A stretch of 63,663 nt of DNA, taken from a virus. Taxonomy: Duplodnaviria > Caudoviricetes. The notes beneath the pieces were generated by a model, which worked only from the letters and a program-made list of their open reading frames with translations, did not search any database and was not told where the DNA came from. The stretch lies in IMG/VR virus record IMGVR_UViG_3300021354_000008, positions 1 to 63,663 of that record; one strand, 5' to 3'. This document shows positions 27,116 to 38,500 of the stretch, piece after piece. How positions within the stretch are numbered: the stretch's first letter is position 1; each line of letters begins with the position of its first letter. The translations under genes were made by a program, and so were the position numbers.

Positions 27116-29571
27116 TGGCAAATTGGTTAGATAAATATGAACAAGGAGGATTAGTCTTAAAGAAAAAGACTAAAGATAACTATGGTAAACAAGGTAACTA
27201 TAATGATGCACAAGCATCTGTAGGTCCAAACTTTGTTGGTGCTGGATGGAATACAAAAGGAAGAAACTATTCTCCTGCATGGGGTGGACAGTTTCAGAAT
27301 GGTGGTAATTTACATAATAAAGCATGGGTAGATAGTGTTAACAATGCTAATATGGATAAGGATTTTGTACAAAGGTATTATGATAAGAATAATCCTCCTG
27401 CTCCAATACATCTATCACAAACTCCAAGTGGTGAAATGTCTACTCATTATATGGCTGATGCTGATAATATGGTTTTTCCTACAGTGGTAAATCCTAAAAC
27501 ATTTAATCCATTAGATGTCTACACTCAACCTGGAAAATTACAATACTTAGATAAGCCAGGACCAGTAGTTGATAGAAGAACAGCTGTTGATTATGCTAGA
27601 CGTACAGGAGAGTATATTAATTTTAAAAATGAACAAGATGCTCAATGGTATTCAAATAATGGATATAAGAAAGGCACAGATGTATTAAATAGTATTGACA
27701 AAGGTAAAGCTTATAACAATCCTAATTATGCAATGGGTGGAGGTATTCCAGGTGCTGTAGGATTCACATATGCACGCACAGCTGGCTCAGCACCTGCTAA
27801 TGGTAAGTATACAAAGAAGACATTAGCTAGTGCTCAGAATGGTCAAGAGATGAAGTTTTACCAAGAAGGTTTAGACTTCAAACCTAAGAGTATAAGTAAG
27901 AATGGTAAGAAAGTTATTAAAGATGATATGGGTCAATGGGCTCATCCAGGTGAGATAACAGAGATAGGTTCTAATGACATCACTATGCAGGGAGTTGACT
28001 ATCCTGTACTTGGTGTATCTGATACAGGTGATACACAGATGATGTATCCTAATCAAGATTATAAGTTTGATGGTGAGAAGGTTACAGAGTTTCCTATGGC
28101 TCAGAATGGAGATTGGTTAAGTAAATATACAAATGAACCAATGCGTCAAGATGCTACAAGAAATGTCATCCCTAGAAAGATGACAGATAAAGAAAAACTA
28201 GAAGCTGTAGCTACTTCTGACCAAGCTCAAAAAAGAGCATTATCTAATACTAAAGAAGTTATAGCAGAAAGACAAAAGGCTAAAAATAATAAAGGAGACA
28301 TTAACAAAGGAGGATTTACAACACAAGAAAAACTTAGAGCTTTTCCAAATAGTGTTGGTGGAGTGGGAGAAATAATTGATGAATATTTAAATCCTGGATT
28401 TATAACTGGAGAATTAGCTTCTAATTTAGGTAATGCTGTTGCAAGTAGAGATCCTAAAGCAATTGCTGCTGGATTAGCAACTCCTGCACTTGCTGGTGCA
28501 ATGGGACTTAATCCTATTGAAGATGCTGCTGCAATTGCAAAAGGAATACCAAAAGCAACAAGAACTGGATTAAATGCAATTGATAAAAACTTTAATCCTT
28601 TAGGAAAAAGTTTAGCTGCATCAGAAAAATGGGGAATAGAACAAGGAATGTCTCCTCATGAAATCAAAAAAATGCAACTAGAGAATTTAGGAATTACATC
28701 TTCTCAAAGAGAAGCGTATGTTCCTGGTATTAGTGATGCTTTAGAAAAATATGTATTTCCTCAAGGATATTCAGGACGTGGTGAAAGTAAACTTGCTCAA
28801 ACTATAAAGGCTATTAAAAGTGGAATGAGAGAAAAAGCAATGCCTTCTCGTGAAGATGCTTGGAGTTTACATTTAGGAAAACCTCAGAAATCTAATACAT
28901 TCAGAATGGCTGAAACAGCTCCTATTAATCATCCAGCATATACACCTGAAGAATTAAGTAAGATGGATATATATTCTATAAATGATAAAGCTAAATATGA
29001 TGATATAGAATATAGTAATTTACAAGGGGTTGGACCAGAACATATTTTTGATGAAATAGATAGTCCAGAACATCGAGCAAAGTTATTAGAACGAAATTCA
29101 AAAATGTTAACAGATCCAATTTCATATGGTAGTAATCCTCCTGTAATGGGAGGGTTTAATAGAAGATTAAGTAATAATGGATTAGAATATAATGATGTTT
29201 GGGATCTTGAACCTGAGTTATTTGGTAAAAAAATAAAAATAGATAACTTTATAGGTAAACCTTTTATGTCTCATGGTGTATTACCAAACGTAACACCTGA
29301 AACTGTTAAGTCATTATTAACTAGTCAAATTAAACATGCAGATAGACAGCTTAAACCAATGGCTGAGTTTTACAAAGATTTGATGAATAAAGGATCAATG
29401 ATAGACTATTCAGAAGTATTAGCAGAACATGAAAATGCTTTGAATAGAATTAATAAATTAAAACAAACATTAGGACTGGATCAAGATATAATGAGAAATA
29501 CTAAAGGTTGGGGTACTAAAGATTGGAACAACCAAATTAATACCAAAGGCTGGTTAGATAAATATAAATAA
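27115..29571 (+). CDS. Putative virion cargo protein, modular, with repeated WL[D/S]KY and (Y/F/A)xxG(G) motifs
   Basis: Lies between muzzle and RNAP; WLDKY at both ends; YEQGG, FQNGG, YAMGG, AQNG motifs. Confidence 0.6.
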   Translation: MANWLDKYEQGGLVLKKKTKDNYGKQGNYNDAQASVGPNFVGAGWNTKGRNYSPAWGGQFQNGGNLHNKAWVDSVNNANMDKDFVQRYYDKNNPPAPIHLSQTPSGEMSTHYMADADNMVFPTVVNPKTFNPLDVYTQPGKLQYLDKPGPVVDRRTAVDYARRTGEYINFKNEQDAQWYSNNGYKKGTDVLNSIDKGKAYNNPNYAMGGGIPGAVGFTYARTAGSAPANGKYTKKTLASAQNGQEMKFYQEGLDFKPKSISKNGKKVIKDDMGQWAHPGEITEIGSNDITMQGVDYPVLGVSDTGDTQMMYPNQDYKFDGEKVTEFPMAQNGDWLSKYTNEPMRQDATRNVIPRKMTDKEKLEAVATSDQAQKRALSNTKEVIAERQKAKNNKGDINKGGFTTQEKLRAFPNSVGGVGEIIDEYLNPGFITGELASNLGNAVASRDPKAIAAGLATPALAGAMGLNPIEDAAAIAKGIPKATRTGLNAIDKNFNPLGKSLAASEKWGIEQGMSPHEIKKMQLENLGITSSQREAYVPGISDALEKYVFPQGYSGRGESKLAQTIKAIKSGMREKAMPSREDAWSLHLGKPQKSNTFRMAETAPINHPAYTPEELSKMDIYSINDKAKYDDIEYSNLQGVGPEHIFDEIDSPEHRAKLLERNSKMLTDPISYGSNPPVMGGFNRRLSNNGLEYNDVWDLEPELFGKKIKIDNFIGKPFMSHGVLPNVTPETVKSLLTSQIKHADRQLKPMAEFYKDLMNKGSMIDYSEVLAEHENALNRINKLKQTLGLDQDIMRNTKGWGTKDWNNQINTKGWLDKYK

Positions 29572-29589
29572 ATCATACAATAGATTAAT

Positions 29590-32500
29590 ATGAAAGATCA
29601 AATCTTAAAGATCGCTAAAGTAAAGTCTGAGAAGGAGTTCTATAAGAAGTATCCTACTGAAGAAGCATTTATGGCTAAGCATGGTAAAACTTTACAGAAA
29701 GCAGCCATGGGTAAGGCTATGGTCAATAAGCAGTTACATCAGTTAACTGACTTTGGCAATCCTCCTATTGCTCAAGATGGTGGTAGCTGGGCTAACTATG
29801 GCATACCTGGAATGAGTACAGCTACATATAATAAATCTACAGGATTAGTAAATAATGCTAGTGGTTCTGTAAGTCAAGCTGATACACAGGCTTTAGGCTT
29901 TGGTAAAAATGCTCCTGGTGGTGGTGGTGGATTTAATTCTGGTGCTGCAGGTATGACTGCTGTTCAAGGAATTGGTCAAGTGATTGGTGGTATCCAAGCT
30001 ATTGGTGCACAAAAGAAAGCACAAAAGAAAGCAGAACAAGCTGGTCAATTATCAGGACTTGCATTACAGGCTTCTCAAACAATGGAAAAACCTAAGAACC
30101 AATATGTTACACCATATGATGTTCCTGTTCAACCAGGACAATTAGGAAACCCTTATGGAACAGGTACTAACTATTTACAAGCTCAGAATGGTACAATGAT
30201 AGGTGGCAATCCTACAGAGATTCAAAATACTTATGCTCCTACAGGCACTCTATATAATGATCTTGGATATGAACCATTAAATGATAGTAATCCTAAGCAA
30301 TATCAAAAAGGTGGTAAACTTATTTCTAGAGATAAAATTAATATTGATTCGTATGGTAATCAAGGAACTGCATTTAGAGATATATTTCAAAATCCTAACA
30401 TGACACAGGATACAACCTATGCTTATGATAGTCCAACTGCTATGTTAAGATATAATACTAATGGTGGTAATCCTTATGCGTATGTAGGAGGAAGAGGTGG
30501 GTTCAATTCAGCACAACCAGATTCATTGGCTAAATATAAACAATTATTAAGTTCACCATTTAATAGTGATGAGCCAGGAGGTATGAGAAGATTAGCAAGT
30601 GGTAAGTATGAAAAAGGTGGTAATATGCCCAAAGCAGAGTTTGGAGATTATTTTCAAGACTCAGGTCAAGCACAAGTTGGTAGTGCTGTAGGTGGAGCAA
30701 TTGCTCAAGGTTTTGGATTACCTCCAGAGGTAGGACAATTAGTTGGTAAAGTGGCAGGTAACTTATTAGGTGGTGCTAAAGATGCTAGGAAGTTACAAGC
30801 AGAGAAAGATAAAACTGCTTTGAACCAAAGTCAAATGGCATTTCAACAAACAAGAAGTGATCAATTCAAAGCAAACTTAGAAGAGGGTGGATGGGTAAGT
30901 AATGACTGGCAACCACAAACAATTACTAAGTTTGGTGACTATAGTGTTAAAGATTTATTAAAACCTCCTCATGATGCTGATATGTTAAGAAGTGGAGGTC
31001 ATCTTGCACAAGTGCCATACACTCCTCCTAGTGCAGCAGCATTATATACTGGTAGACCAGATATGCCTAAAGGTCAAGTGGGAGTATCATTAACTCCTTA
31101 TTCTATAGCTGATCCTTTTATAACAGATACAGTTTCAAGAAGTCGTGCAAAAGATATGGCAACACAATCTCCTCAGTTTCTTGGATCATTAGATACTGGT
31201 GGAGACTTACCAGAAGCTCAGTTTGGATTAGCTATGGAAGGTGGTGGACGTATGACATCTACTAATATGATGTTTGATACAGATAAATATCCTAGAGCTC
31301 AAGATGGTACACAGATGGCTATGGATGGTGAGTTACAGGTTTTAGATGGTGGACGTGCAGAAACTATTTCTCAAAATCCTTTCTTACCAAATGGAGGCGA
31401 AATGATTATGTTTAAAGGTAGATCTCATGACAATGGAGGTATCCCTATTCAATATGGTGAAAATGGTGTAGAGGTAGAAGGTAATGAACCAGCTGTCAAA
31501 TTAAAAGATGGTGGTAACAATGATAACTTAGTAGTGTTTGGTAATATTAAAATCAATAAAGATATAGCTAATCTTATGGAAGATAAAAATGCTGAGGGTA
31601 GAAAGTTTAAAACTTACATGGCTGATATTGGTAAGAATGATGCAAAGCAACAAAAGAGTATTCAGAAAGGACTTGAACTAATTGAACAATATAATGGAAA
31701 CAGTGTATTTGATCAATTAGGTATGAATTCTGGTATGGCTAAACTAATGGGTGGAACAGCACAACAAAAAATAAATGCTGAGAAAATAAAGAATGCAGCT
31801 TTAGTACAAGACTCTATTCATCAGACAGCTAATGAGTTAGGTGTTAAAAGTGATAAGTTAGCTGAAGGTAAACTTGAAAGACAAACAGATCCTAGTATGG
31901 CTAAGAGTGGTAAAACATTAAAGAAGGCACAAAGTGGATATGAGGTGCCTGATTTCTTAAGAACGCCTAGAGTTAATATTCCTTATAAACAAGGTTATAA
32001 TCAAGCTCAGCCTGAGTTTATGCAAAGATTACAAACTCCTTCTGCTCCTCAAACATTTAGTGGAAATCCAGCATTTGAGCAGTCATCAGATATTTACTCA
32101 TCTGATCCTAGCTTTGGTAGTAAAGCATTAGATGCAATAAAATCAGCAGGTGACTTTTTAGGAAAAGGAGCTAAACAATATGGACCTAGTATATTATCTA
32201 ATGCTGCTCCATTCTTAAGACCAACCAACCAACAAGGACTTGATCCTGAGCAATTATATCCTGAGTATTATGCAATGGCTACCAATCAGTTAGAACCTGT
32301 TAAGGCTCAGACATTCCAACCAATGTTAGACACTCCATATGATATCTCTTTAAATGATCAACTAAGTGCTATTGATTCTCAGTCTAGAGCAATCATGAGA
32401 CAAGTGGGTAACAACCCTGGAGTATTAGCAAACATTGCAGCTCAAACTTTACAAGCTAAGAATCAAGTGCTAGGAGAACAAAACAGAATTAATCAGGCAA

Positions 32501-32949
32501 ACAAGATGCAAACCTACAGTAAGAATAGAGAATTGTTAAACCAAGCTCAACTTCAAAACTTAGGAATTCTTGATCAACAATATGTTAGACAAGCTCAAGC
32601 TAAGTCTAATACCAAAGCTCAAGCTCTTGAAGCACTTAAATCTATTGCTGCTAAGACTGCTCAGAACAAGTTGGAAAACAGACAGTTAGCTACTTATGAG
32701 AACTTATATAACTACAGATTCTCTCCAAGTGGTGTAGCTTATAATGCTAATGAACCTTACCAATTTAATATTCCATCTGTAGGAAACTTAAAGAATTTAA
32801 CCAATGATGATGTGGCTAAAATAAAGGAACTATATGAAAAGACTACAACTAGAGATAAAGTAGGTAATATTACAGGAAGTAAAGAAAAAAGTAGAACCTC
32901 TACAAATAGCAGAAATGGATCTATTGTCAAAGCTCTAAAAACACTCTAA
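29590..32949 (+). CDS. Putative cargo/ejection protein (crAss001 gp45/C1-like)
   Basis: GRSHDNGG..VEVEGNE motif, Gly/Ala hydrophobic segments, Gln/Asn-rich coiled C-terminus, about 16 (Y/A/L/M)xxG(G) motifs. Confidence 0.65.
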   Translation: MKDQILKIAKVKSEKEFYKKYPTEEAFMAKHGKTLQKAAMGKAMVNKQLHQLTDFGNPPIAQDGGSWANYGIPGMSTATYNKSTGLVNNASGSVSQADTQALGFGKNAPGGGGGFNSGAAGMTAVQGIGQVIGGIQAIGAQKKAQKKAEQAGQLSGLALQASQTMEKPKNQYVTPYDVPVQPGQLGNPYGTGTNYLQAQNGTMIGGNPTEIQNTYAPTGTLYNDLGYEPLNDSNPKQYQKGGKLISRDKINIDSYGNQGTAFRDIFQNPNMTQDTTYAYDSPTAMLRYNTNGGNPYAYVGGRGGFNSAQPDSLAKYKQLLSSPFNSDEPGGMRRLASGKYEKGGNMPKAEFGDYFQDSGQAQVGSAVGGAIAQGFGLPPEVGQLVGKVAGNLLGGAKDARKLQAEKDKTALNQSQMAFQQTRSDQFKANLEEGGWVSNDWQPQTITKFGDYSVKDLLKPPHDADMLRSGGHLAQVPYTPPSAAALYTGRPDMPKGQVGVSLTPYSIADPFITDTVSRSRAKDMATQSPQFLGSLDTGGDLPEAQFGLAMEGGGRMTSTNMMFDTDKYPRAQDGTQMAMDGELQVLDGGRAETISQNPFLPNGGEMIMFKGRSHDNGGIPIQYGENGVEVEGNEPAVKLKDGGNNDNLVVFGNIKINKDIANLMEDKNAEGRKFKTYMADIGKNDAKQQKSIQKGLELIEQYNGNSVFDQLGMNSGMAKLMGGTAQQKINAEKIKNAALVQDSIHQTANELGVKSDKLAEGKLERQTDPSMAKSGKTLKKAQSGYEVPDFLRTPRVNIPYKQGYNQAQPEFMQRLQTPSAPQTFSGNPAFEQSSDIYSSDPSFGSKALDAIKSAGDFLGKGAKQYGPSILSNAAPFLRPTNQQGLDPEQLYPEYYAMATNQLEPVKAQTFQPMLDTPYDISLNDQLSAIDSQSRAIMRQVGNNPGVLANIAAQTLQAKNQVLGEQNRINQANKMQTYSKNRELLNQAQLQNLGILDQQYVRQAQAKSNTKAQALEALKSIAAKTAQNKLENRQLATYENLYNYRFSPSGVAYNANEPYQFNIPSVGNLKNLTNDDVAKIKELYEKTTTRDKVGNITGSKEKSRTSTNSRNGSIVKALKTL

Positions 32950-33021
32950 CTAATTAAGTTATAGTGAATTACTAAAATTTGTTATAGCTATTGGTAATTC
33001 TAATATTTTAAATTAATTTTG
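32946..33021 (+). promoter_or_regulatory. Box B-like sites plus promoter, probably producing a leaderless or very short-leader mRNA
   Basis: CTAAC-N7-GTTAT (32946-32962); ATTG (32990-32993), 20-nt spacer, TAATTTTG (33014-33021); ATG at 33026. Confidence 0.55.
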
Positions 33022-33025
33022 TATT

Positions 33026-35599
33026 ATGGCATCGTTTACAGATCAAATATCAACCTTTAACCCCTACATCCAACAGCTTCCAGTGGAAGCTATGGTGCAA
33101 GTTGGCCAGCAAAAGCAGGCTCAATACAACCAAGGTGTGCAAAAGATTCAGGGGTATATAGATAATATAGCTGGGATGGATGTTGCAAATGAGGCAGATA
33201 AAGCTTATTTGCAATCTAAGTTAAATCAACTAGGTAACAATCTTAAGACTGTAGCTGCTGGAGATTTCTCAAATCAACAATTGGTCAACTCTGTAGGGGG
33301 TATGGCTAACTCACTTGTTAAAGATCCTACAGTTCAAAATGCTGTATATTCTACACAGGTGTATAGAAAAGGATTATCAGAGATGGAAGCTGCTAGAAAA
33401 GAAGGTAAAACCTCAGCATCTAATATTGATGACTTTAATGAACAAGCTCAAGGTTGGTTAAATAGTAAAACTCCAGGCGAGGTATTTAGAGGGTCTTATC
33501 AACCCTATACAGATGTAAGTAAGAAAGTAATGGATGTAGTTGCTAAATTACATGGAAAAAGCAGCAGTCAAGATATTGCATATGCATACAAAACTAATAA
33601 AGATGGTAGTGTAGATATAGCAGGAGTATTAGATGTAATGAAAAGACAAGGAATTAAAACTGTTGATGAAGGACAAATTCGTACAGCTCTTTCTGCTGTT
33701 TTAGATGCTAATGATTATAATCAATTAGCTATTGATGGTAGATACAATTATAAATCAATTGACCAAGAAGGACTATTAAACTATGCAAATAGTGAATATA
33801 AAAAATCTACAGACTTTGCTAAAGTACAATTAGATAGATTGAATAAGCAATTGTTAATGACTACAAATGCTGGTGAGCAAGAAAAAATAAATAATAATAT
33901 TGCGTACTATCAACAGCAACTAGGAGATCCATCTAAGAACATTAAAGGAACTTTAGATGAAAATTATAATAGAACATTAGAAGAAATATCTACAAATCCA
34001 AAAGCTGCTAAAGGTAGAATTTATACAAAGAACTATTTAGATGGTATTGCAAATGGGTTTGCTTGGTCAGAAGTACAAGATGAAATTCTTGCTAATCCAG
34101 CTAAAGAAAACTTTTGGACAAAAAAGAAATTTGAACAAAACTTAATAGAACATAGAGATCTTCAAAATTATAGAAGTTCTGAATTAGGATTTAAAGAAAG
34201 AGCACAAAGCTTGAGTGAATCAGAGTTTGCTAAAAAGTATGGACCAAATGTTCCTTATTTTAAAACCTCTGGAGATCCTACAACTAATGAACTAACTGCT
34301 TTACAAAACTATACAGACTACAATAATAAACTACAAGATGGTAATGTTGGTATTCTTATGGACTTAGCACAGAAGGGAAGTAGTATTACAACACAACTTA
34401 ACCCTAATAATATTAAAGCTACAATAGCTAAGTATAAGAACAATGAATATACTCCTGCTACTAGCTATGAGAAAGATCAAATGGATAAGTATATTGCTAA
34501 TGAAAACCTATTAGCAAACCAAGAAGCTGTATATAAACATTATGAAGATCAAGCACGTAATGAAGTGACTGGTGGTGTTCCTATGAACAAGTTGGTAGAT
34601 AATGCTATTGCTAAGAAAGGAGTTTTGACTGTTGGTAATCAAGTGTTTACTGCTAGAGAAGTGTATGACTACTTAAGTAAAGAGAGAGAAGAAAGAGGAT
34701 TTCAGGGAGATAAAGGAGGATATCAAATTAAGACTATTAATGATGCAGACTTAACTAGTAAAGAAAGACTCTTAAAGAATGCAATTAAATCTAGATATGA
34801 TAACAGAAAAGGTATCTCTTCTGGGAATGCAACTGTAGATAATTACTTAAGTGACTTTGCACCTGTTATAAGTCAAACCAATGATATTAACAGACAAGTG
34901 TTAACAAAGGTGGCTAATAAGATGGCACCTATCACTGGTGTATTCCAAACACAACAAGCAGCTGTAACATTCAAAGATGATAATGGTAAGAAACAATTTG
35001 TTGGTGATTTAGTAAACATTGCAAAAGCTGATCTTGATCAAAAGACTGGAGACGTAGGATACCAACCTAAGAAGTTAATTGATTTATTGACCAAAGCAAA
35101 TGTTGGAGATGTAGAGATACAGTTCAAGAGAAGTGGTGATAATTACTATGCACAAGTTACAGATAAGACTGATCCAAAAGGAAGTGTACAAATGAAGGTT
35201 GATGCTGACTTTGTAAATAAGAGTAGTGAACTAGGTCCTAGTTATCTAACTCCTAATGCAGATCTATCTGAAACTCTTCTTAGAAATGCTGGAACAACAA
35301 ACATGTTTAAAGATAAAGCACATGCTATGTATCAAACAGGCAAGTTTGGAGGATATGATAATAAAGGAAATAGAACAGTAACTATTCCTATTGCAGCTGA
35401 TTTAGAAAACCAAGGAGGTCAATTATATCCAGTGTTTCGTGTGAAAGGAAAGAATGGAAAAGATATCAACTTCCCATTCCCTTACGCTACTGACAGAACA
35501 GAGTTTGAAACTAAGTATCTACCTTCTTTAACAAATGAAAAAATCATTAGTTTGTTAAAAGCTAAGTATCCCAATATAGAACAATTAATACAATACTAA
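33026..35599 (+). CDS. Putative cargo/ejection protein upstream of vRNAP
   Basis: FNPYIQQLP N-terminus and helical composition; translationally coupled to the RNAP gene. Confidence 0.6.
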   Translation: MASFTDQISTFNPYIQQLPVEAMVQVGQQKQAQYNQGVQKIQGYIDNIAGMDVANEADKAYLQSKLNQLGNNLKTVAAGDFSNQQLVNSVGGMANSLVKDPTVQNAVYSTQVYRKGLSEMEAARKEGKTSASNIDDFNEQAQGWLNSKTPGEVFRGSYQPYTDVSKKVMDVVAKLHGKSSSQDIAYAYKTNKDGSVDIAGVLDVMKRQGIKTVDEGQIRTALSAVLDANDYNQLAIDGRYNYKSIDQEGLLNYANSEYKKSTDFAKVQLDRLNKQLLMTTNAGEQEKINNNIAYYQQQLGDPSKNIKGTLDENYNRTLEEISTNPKAAKGRIYTKNYLDGIANGFAWSEVQDEILANPAKENFWTKKKFEQNLIEHRDLQNYRSSELGFKERAQSLSESEFAKKYGPNVPYFKTSGDPTTNELTALQNYTDYNNKLQDGNVGILMDLAQKGSSITTQLNPNNIKATIAKYKNNEYTPATSYEKDQMDKYIANENLLANQEAVYKHYEDQARNEVTGGVPMNKLVDNAIAKKGVLTVGNQVFTAREVYDYLSKEREERGFQGDKGGYQIKTINDADLTSKERLLKNAIKSRYDNRKGISSGNATVDNYLSDFAPVISQTNDINRQVLTKVANKMAPITGVFQTQQAAVTFKDDNGKKQFVGDLVNIAKADLDQKTGDVGYQPKKLIDLLTKANVGDVEIQFKRSGDNYYAQVTDKTDPKGSVQMKVDADFVNKSSELGPSYLTPNADLSETLLRNAGTTNMFKDKAHAMYQTGKFGGYDNKGNRTVTIPIAADLENQGGQLYPVFRVKGKNGKDINFPFPYATDRTEFETKYLPSLTNEKIISLLKAKYPNIEQLIQY

Positions 35600-38500
35600 T
35601 GGCAGGAACTGATTTGTATCCTATAAAGGAAAACATACAACCAAATTTACCATCACTACCAGTAGGGTCTACTTTACCAATGACTCCTTTTGTTGCTTCT
35701 GAGCAAAGAAAGGATGACTTCCTACCTCCACCTGCTAGTGGCTTGCCTCAGGTTGCCCCTACATTAACAACAGGGGAATTGTATGAGAATAGAAAGTTTG
35801 GTTTATATGATCCTTCTAAAACAGAAGAGCAATATGCTTATGGTCAATCAGCATGGGATAAGGCTGGTAATGGTCTTGCTAAACTTGCTGGTACAACAGC
35901 CACTACATTAGCTAACAATACTGTTGGATTATTATATGGTATGGGAGCAGCTTTAGGAAATCAAAAGTTTTCTTCCCTATATGATAATGACTTCTTTAAG
36001 AAAATGGATGATATTTCTAAAGAAATGGAAAATAGATTTCCTCATTATTATACAACTGCTGAACAAAAAGATCCATTGGCATTAAGTTCTGTATTTACAG
36101 GAAACTTCTTCTGGGATAAGATTGTAAAGAACTTAGGGTTCTCAGCAGGTGCTGCTATTACAGGATTTGCAGCAAGTGCTGGATTAGAAGCATTAGGATT
36201 ATCAAGAGGATTAGTAGCTGCTGGTAAAGGATTGCAAGCACTAGAAGCTACAGAAACTGCTGCTGCTGAAGGTAAAGGAATTGCTGGTGCTATACAAGCT
36301 CTTAAGAATCCAAAGAATACATTAAGTAAGTTTGGTGGTATGTTAGAAGAGTTTGGTACAATTGCTCCAGGTGCTAAGTTCTCAAAAGCTAATCAATTAC
36401 TTTCTGCATATTTAGCAACCACTGGTGAAGCTGGTATGGAAAGTTATCAGAATAAACATCAGTTTATAGATAATGCAAAGAAAGTTTGGAGAGATGAACA
36501 TGGTGGTCAAGATCCTACAGGAGATGACTTACAAAAGATAGAAGACTATGCAGCTCAAGTGGGTAACTGGAGCTTTGCATTAAATACAGCATTACTTACA
36601 GGTACAGAATACATTCAGTTACCAAAGATATTTGGTTCTACATATTCAGGAGAGAAAAGAACTTTGAACAACTTAATCTTTAAAGATTGGTTATGGAAGT
36701 CTGGTCTTCCTGAAAAAGGCTTTGGTAAATTCTTATATCAAGCAAAGAATGTAGGTTCATTATTCTTTAATACAGCAGAAGCATTTGAAGAAGGTGCACA
36801 ATTTGCTATTCAAGAAGGTACCAATAAGTTCTTTGATAAGAAGTATAGAAACAATGAACAAACTAACTTCTGGAACTCTCTTGGAGGAATAGTATCTCCT
36901 ATGCAAGAAGGTGTTATAGGCTATGGTCTTAAGCAAGCTGTGACAACAGACCAAGGTCTTGAGAATATATTATTAGGAGGTTTGTCTGGAGCATTAATGA
37001 CTTCAGGTTTTATTGGTACTAAGACTAATGAAAAAGGAAACATTAGACCTGCTATATTTGAGACAGGTAAGATTGGTGAAAGAGGACTTACAGGATATGG
37101 TGGTGAGCAAGGTAAGTTCTTTGAAGAATCAGTTAAAGCATTAAACTCAGCTAAGTTTAGTGACCTTGTTGATTCTATCAATAGAGGATTAACTCTTTCA
37201 GCAGAACAAGAAACATCTTTAAGAAAAGGAGATATATTACAAAGCAAGGATCTTGAGACAGACTACATGTTAAACTATCTTCTACCAAGAGTTAAATATG
37301 GTGGACATGATATCTTTAATACAGAGATAAATGATGCAAGAGAAAGAGCAGCTACAGATGATGGATTTCGTGGATTGCAAGAACAAGGTATTGCTAATGA
37401 GAATGATACAAGAGAAGCCTTCCTTAAGAGATTAGATAATATTCATAACATGGCTACACAAGTGAATGAGAACTATAACAAGTTCAAAACTTCATATGCT
37501 GGTGTAGTTAAAACTAATGAGAAAGGTGAACCTATTTTAGATGCAGATGGTAAGATACAAAGAAAGTATGATGACAAAACCATAGATAAAATGGTTTACA
37601 CTGTATCTAAAATATTTGATTATAACAATAGAATCCCAGGATTGGTTGGTACATTATCAACTAAAGGAATTCAATCTGATGAGCTTTTAGCTGAAACAAC
37701 ACTTACTGGAAAACCTAGTGTAGAGAAAACAAAAGAAGCTCTCAAAGCTATTAATGAGTTAGATGTAACTGATGATATTAAAGATGAGTTAAAAACAAAT
37801 CTTCAAGATGCATTAGAATTAACTATGCGTAGAAATAACTTCATACGTGAGTTTAATCAAATAAAACAAGACCCTTCCAGTTTTGAAGAAGGAAAAGAAG
37901 AAGGAGTTACCACTGCTAAGATCAAACAAACAGAAGTGGTAAATGGTAAGAATAAAGTGGTTAGTAAAGATGTTGAGGTGGGTAAAGACTACACATTAGC
38001 TGACCCTCTTGCTAGAACTGGTAACACATTAAGTGTTAACCCTACTATTAGTGTATTATCTAAAACATTGAATGGTGAATATGAGGTGAAGCTTCCTGAT
38101 GGAAGTAGAACATTCTTATCTCCTAATCAGTTTGAGCAATACCAAATATCAGAAGCTACACAAGATACAAATACAATAGCTAGCATATTAGATAAAGCTA
38201 TTGACAAAGTATTGGCTAAAGATAAGTATAGTGACTTAGAAAAACCTGAAGAGAATAAATTAGATTATGTTAACTCATTGAATAATAGTGAGTTACTAAA
38301 TGATATTCAAAAAGAATTTGCAGCTGCTTCAAAAGCATACATAGCTCAGAAAGCCAAAGAGACTGAGATTATTAGAAAGAATGATCTTAATAAGGAGTTA
38401 ATAAAAACAGCTGATGAACTTAGTATTCCTACTAAGGAAGAGACAGGAGATTATGAAGTGGATTCTAGAAAGAATGATCAACAAGTAGTTGATAGTTCAA

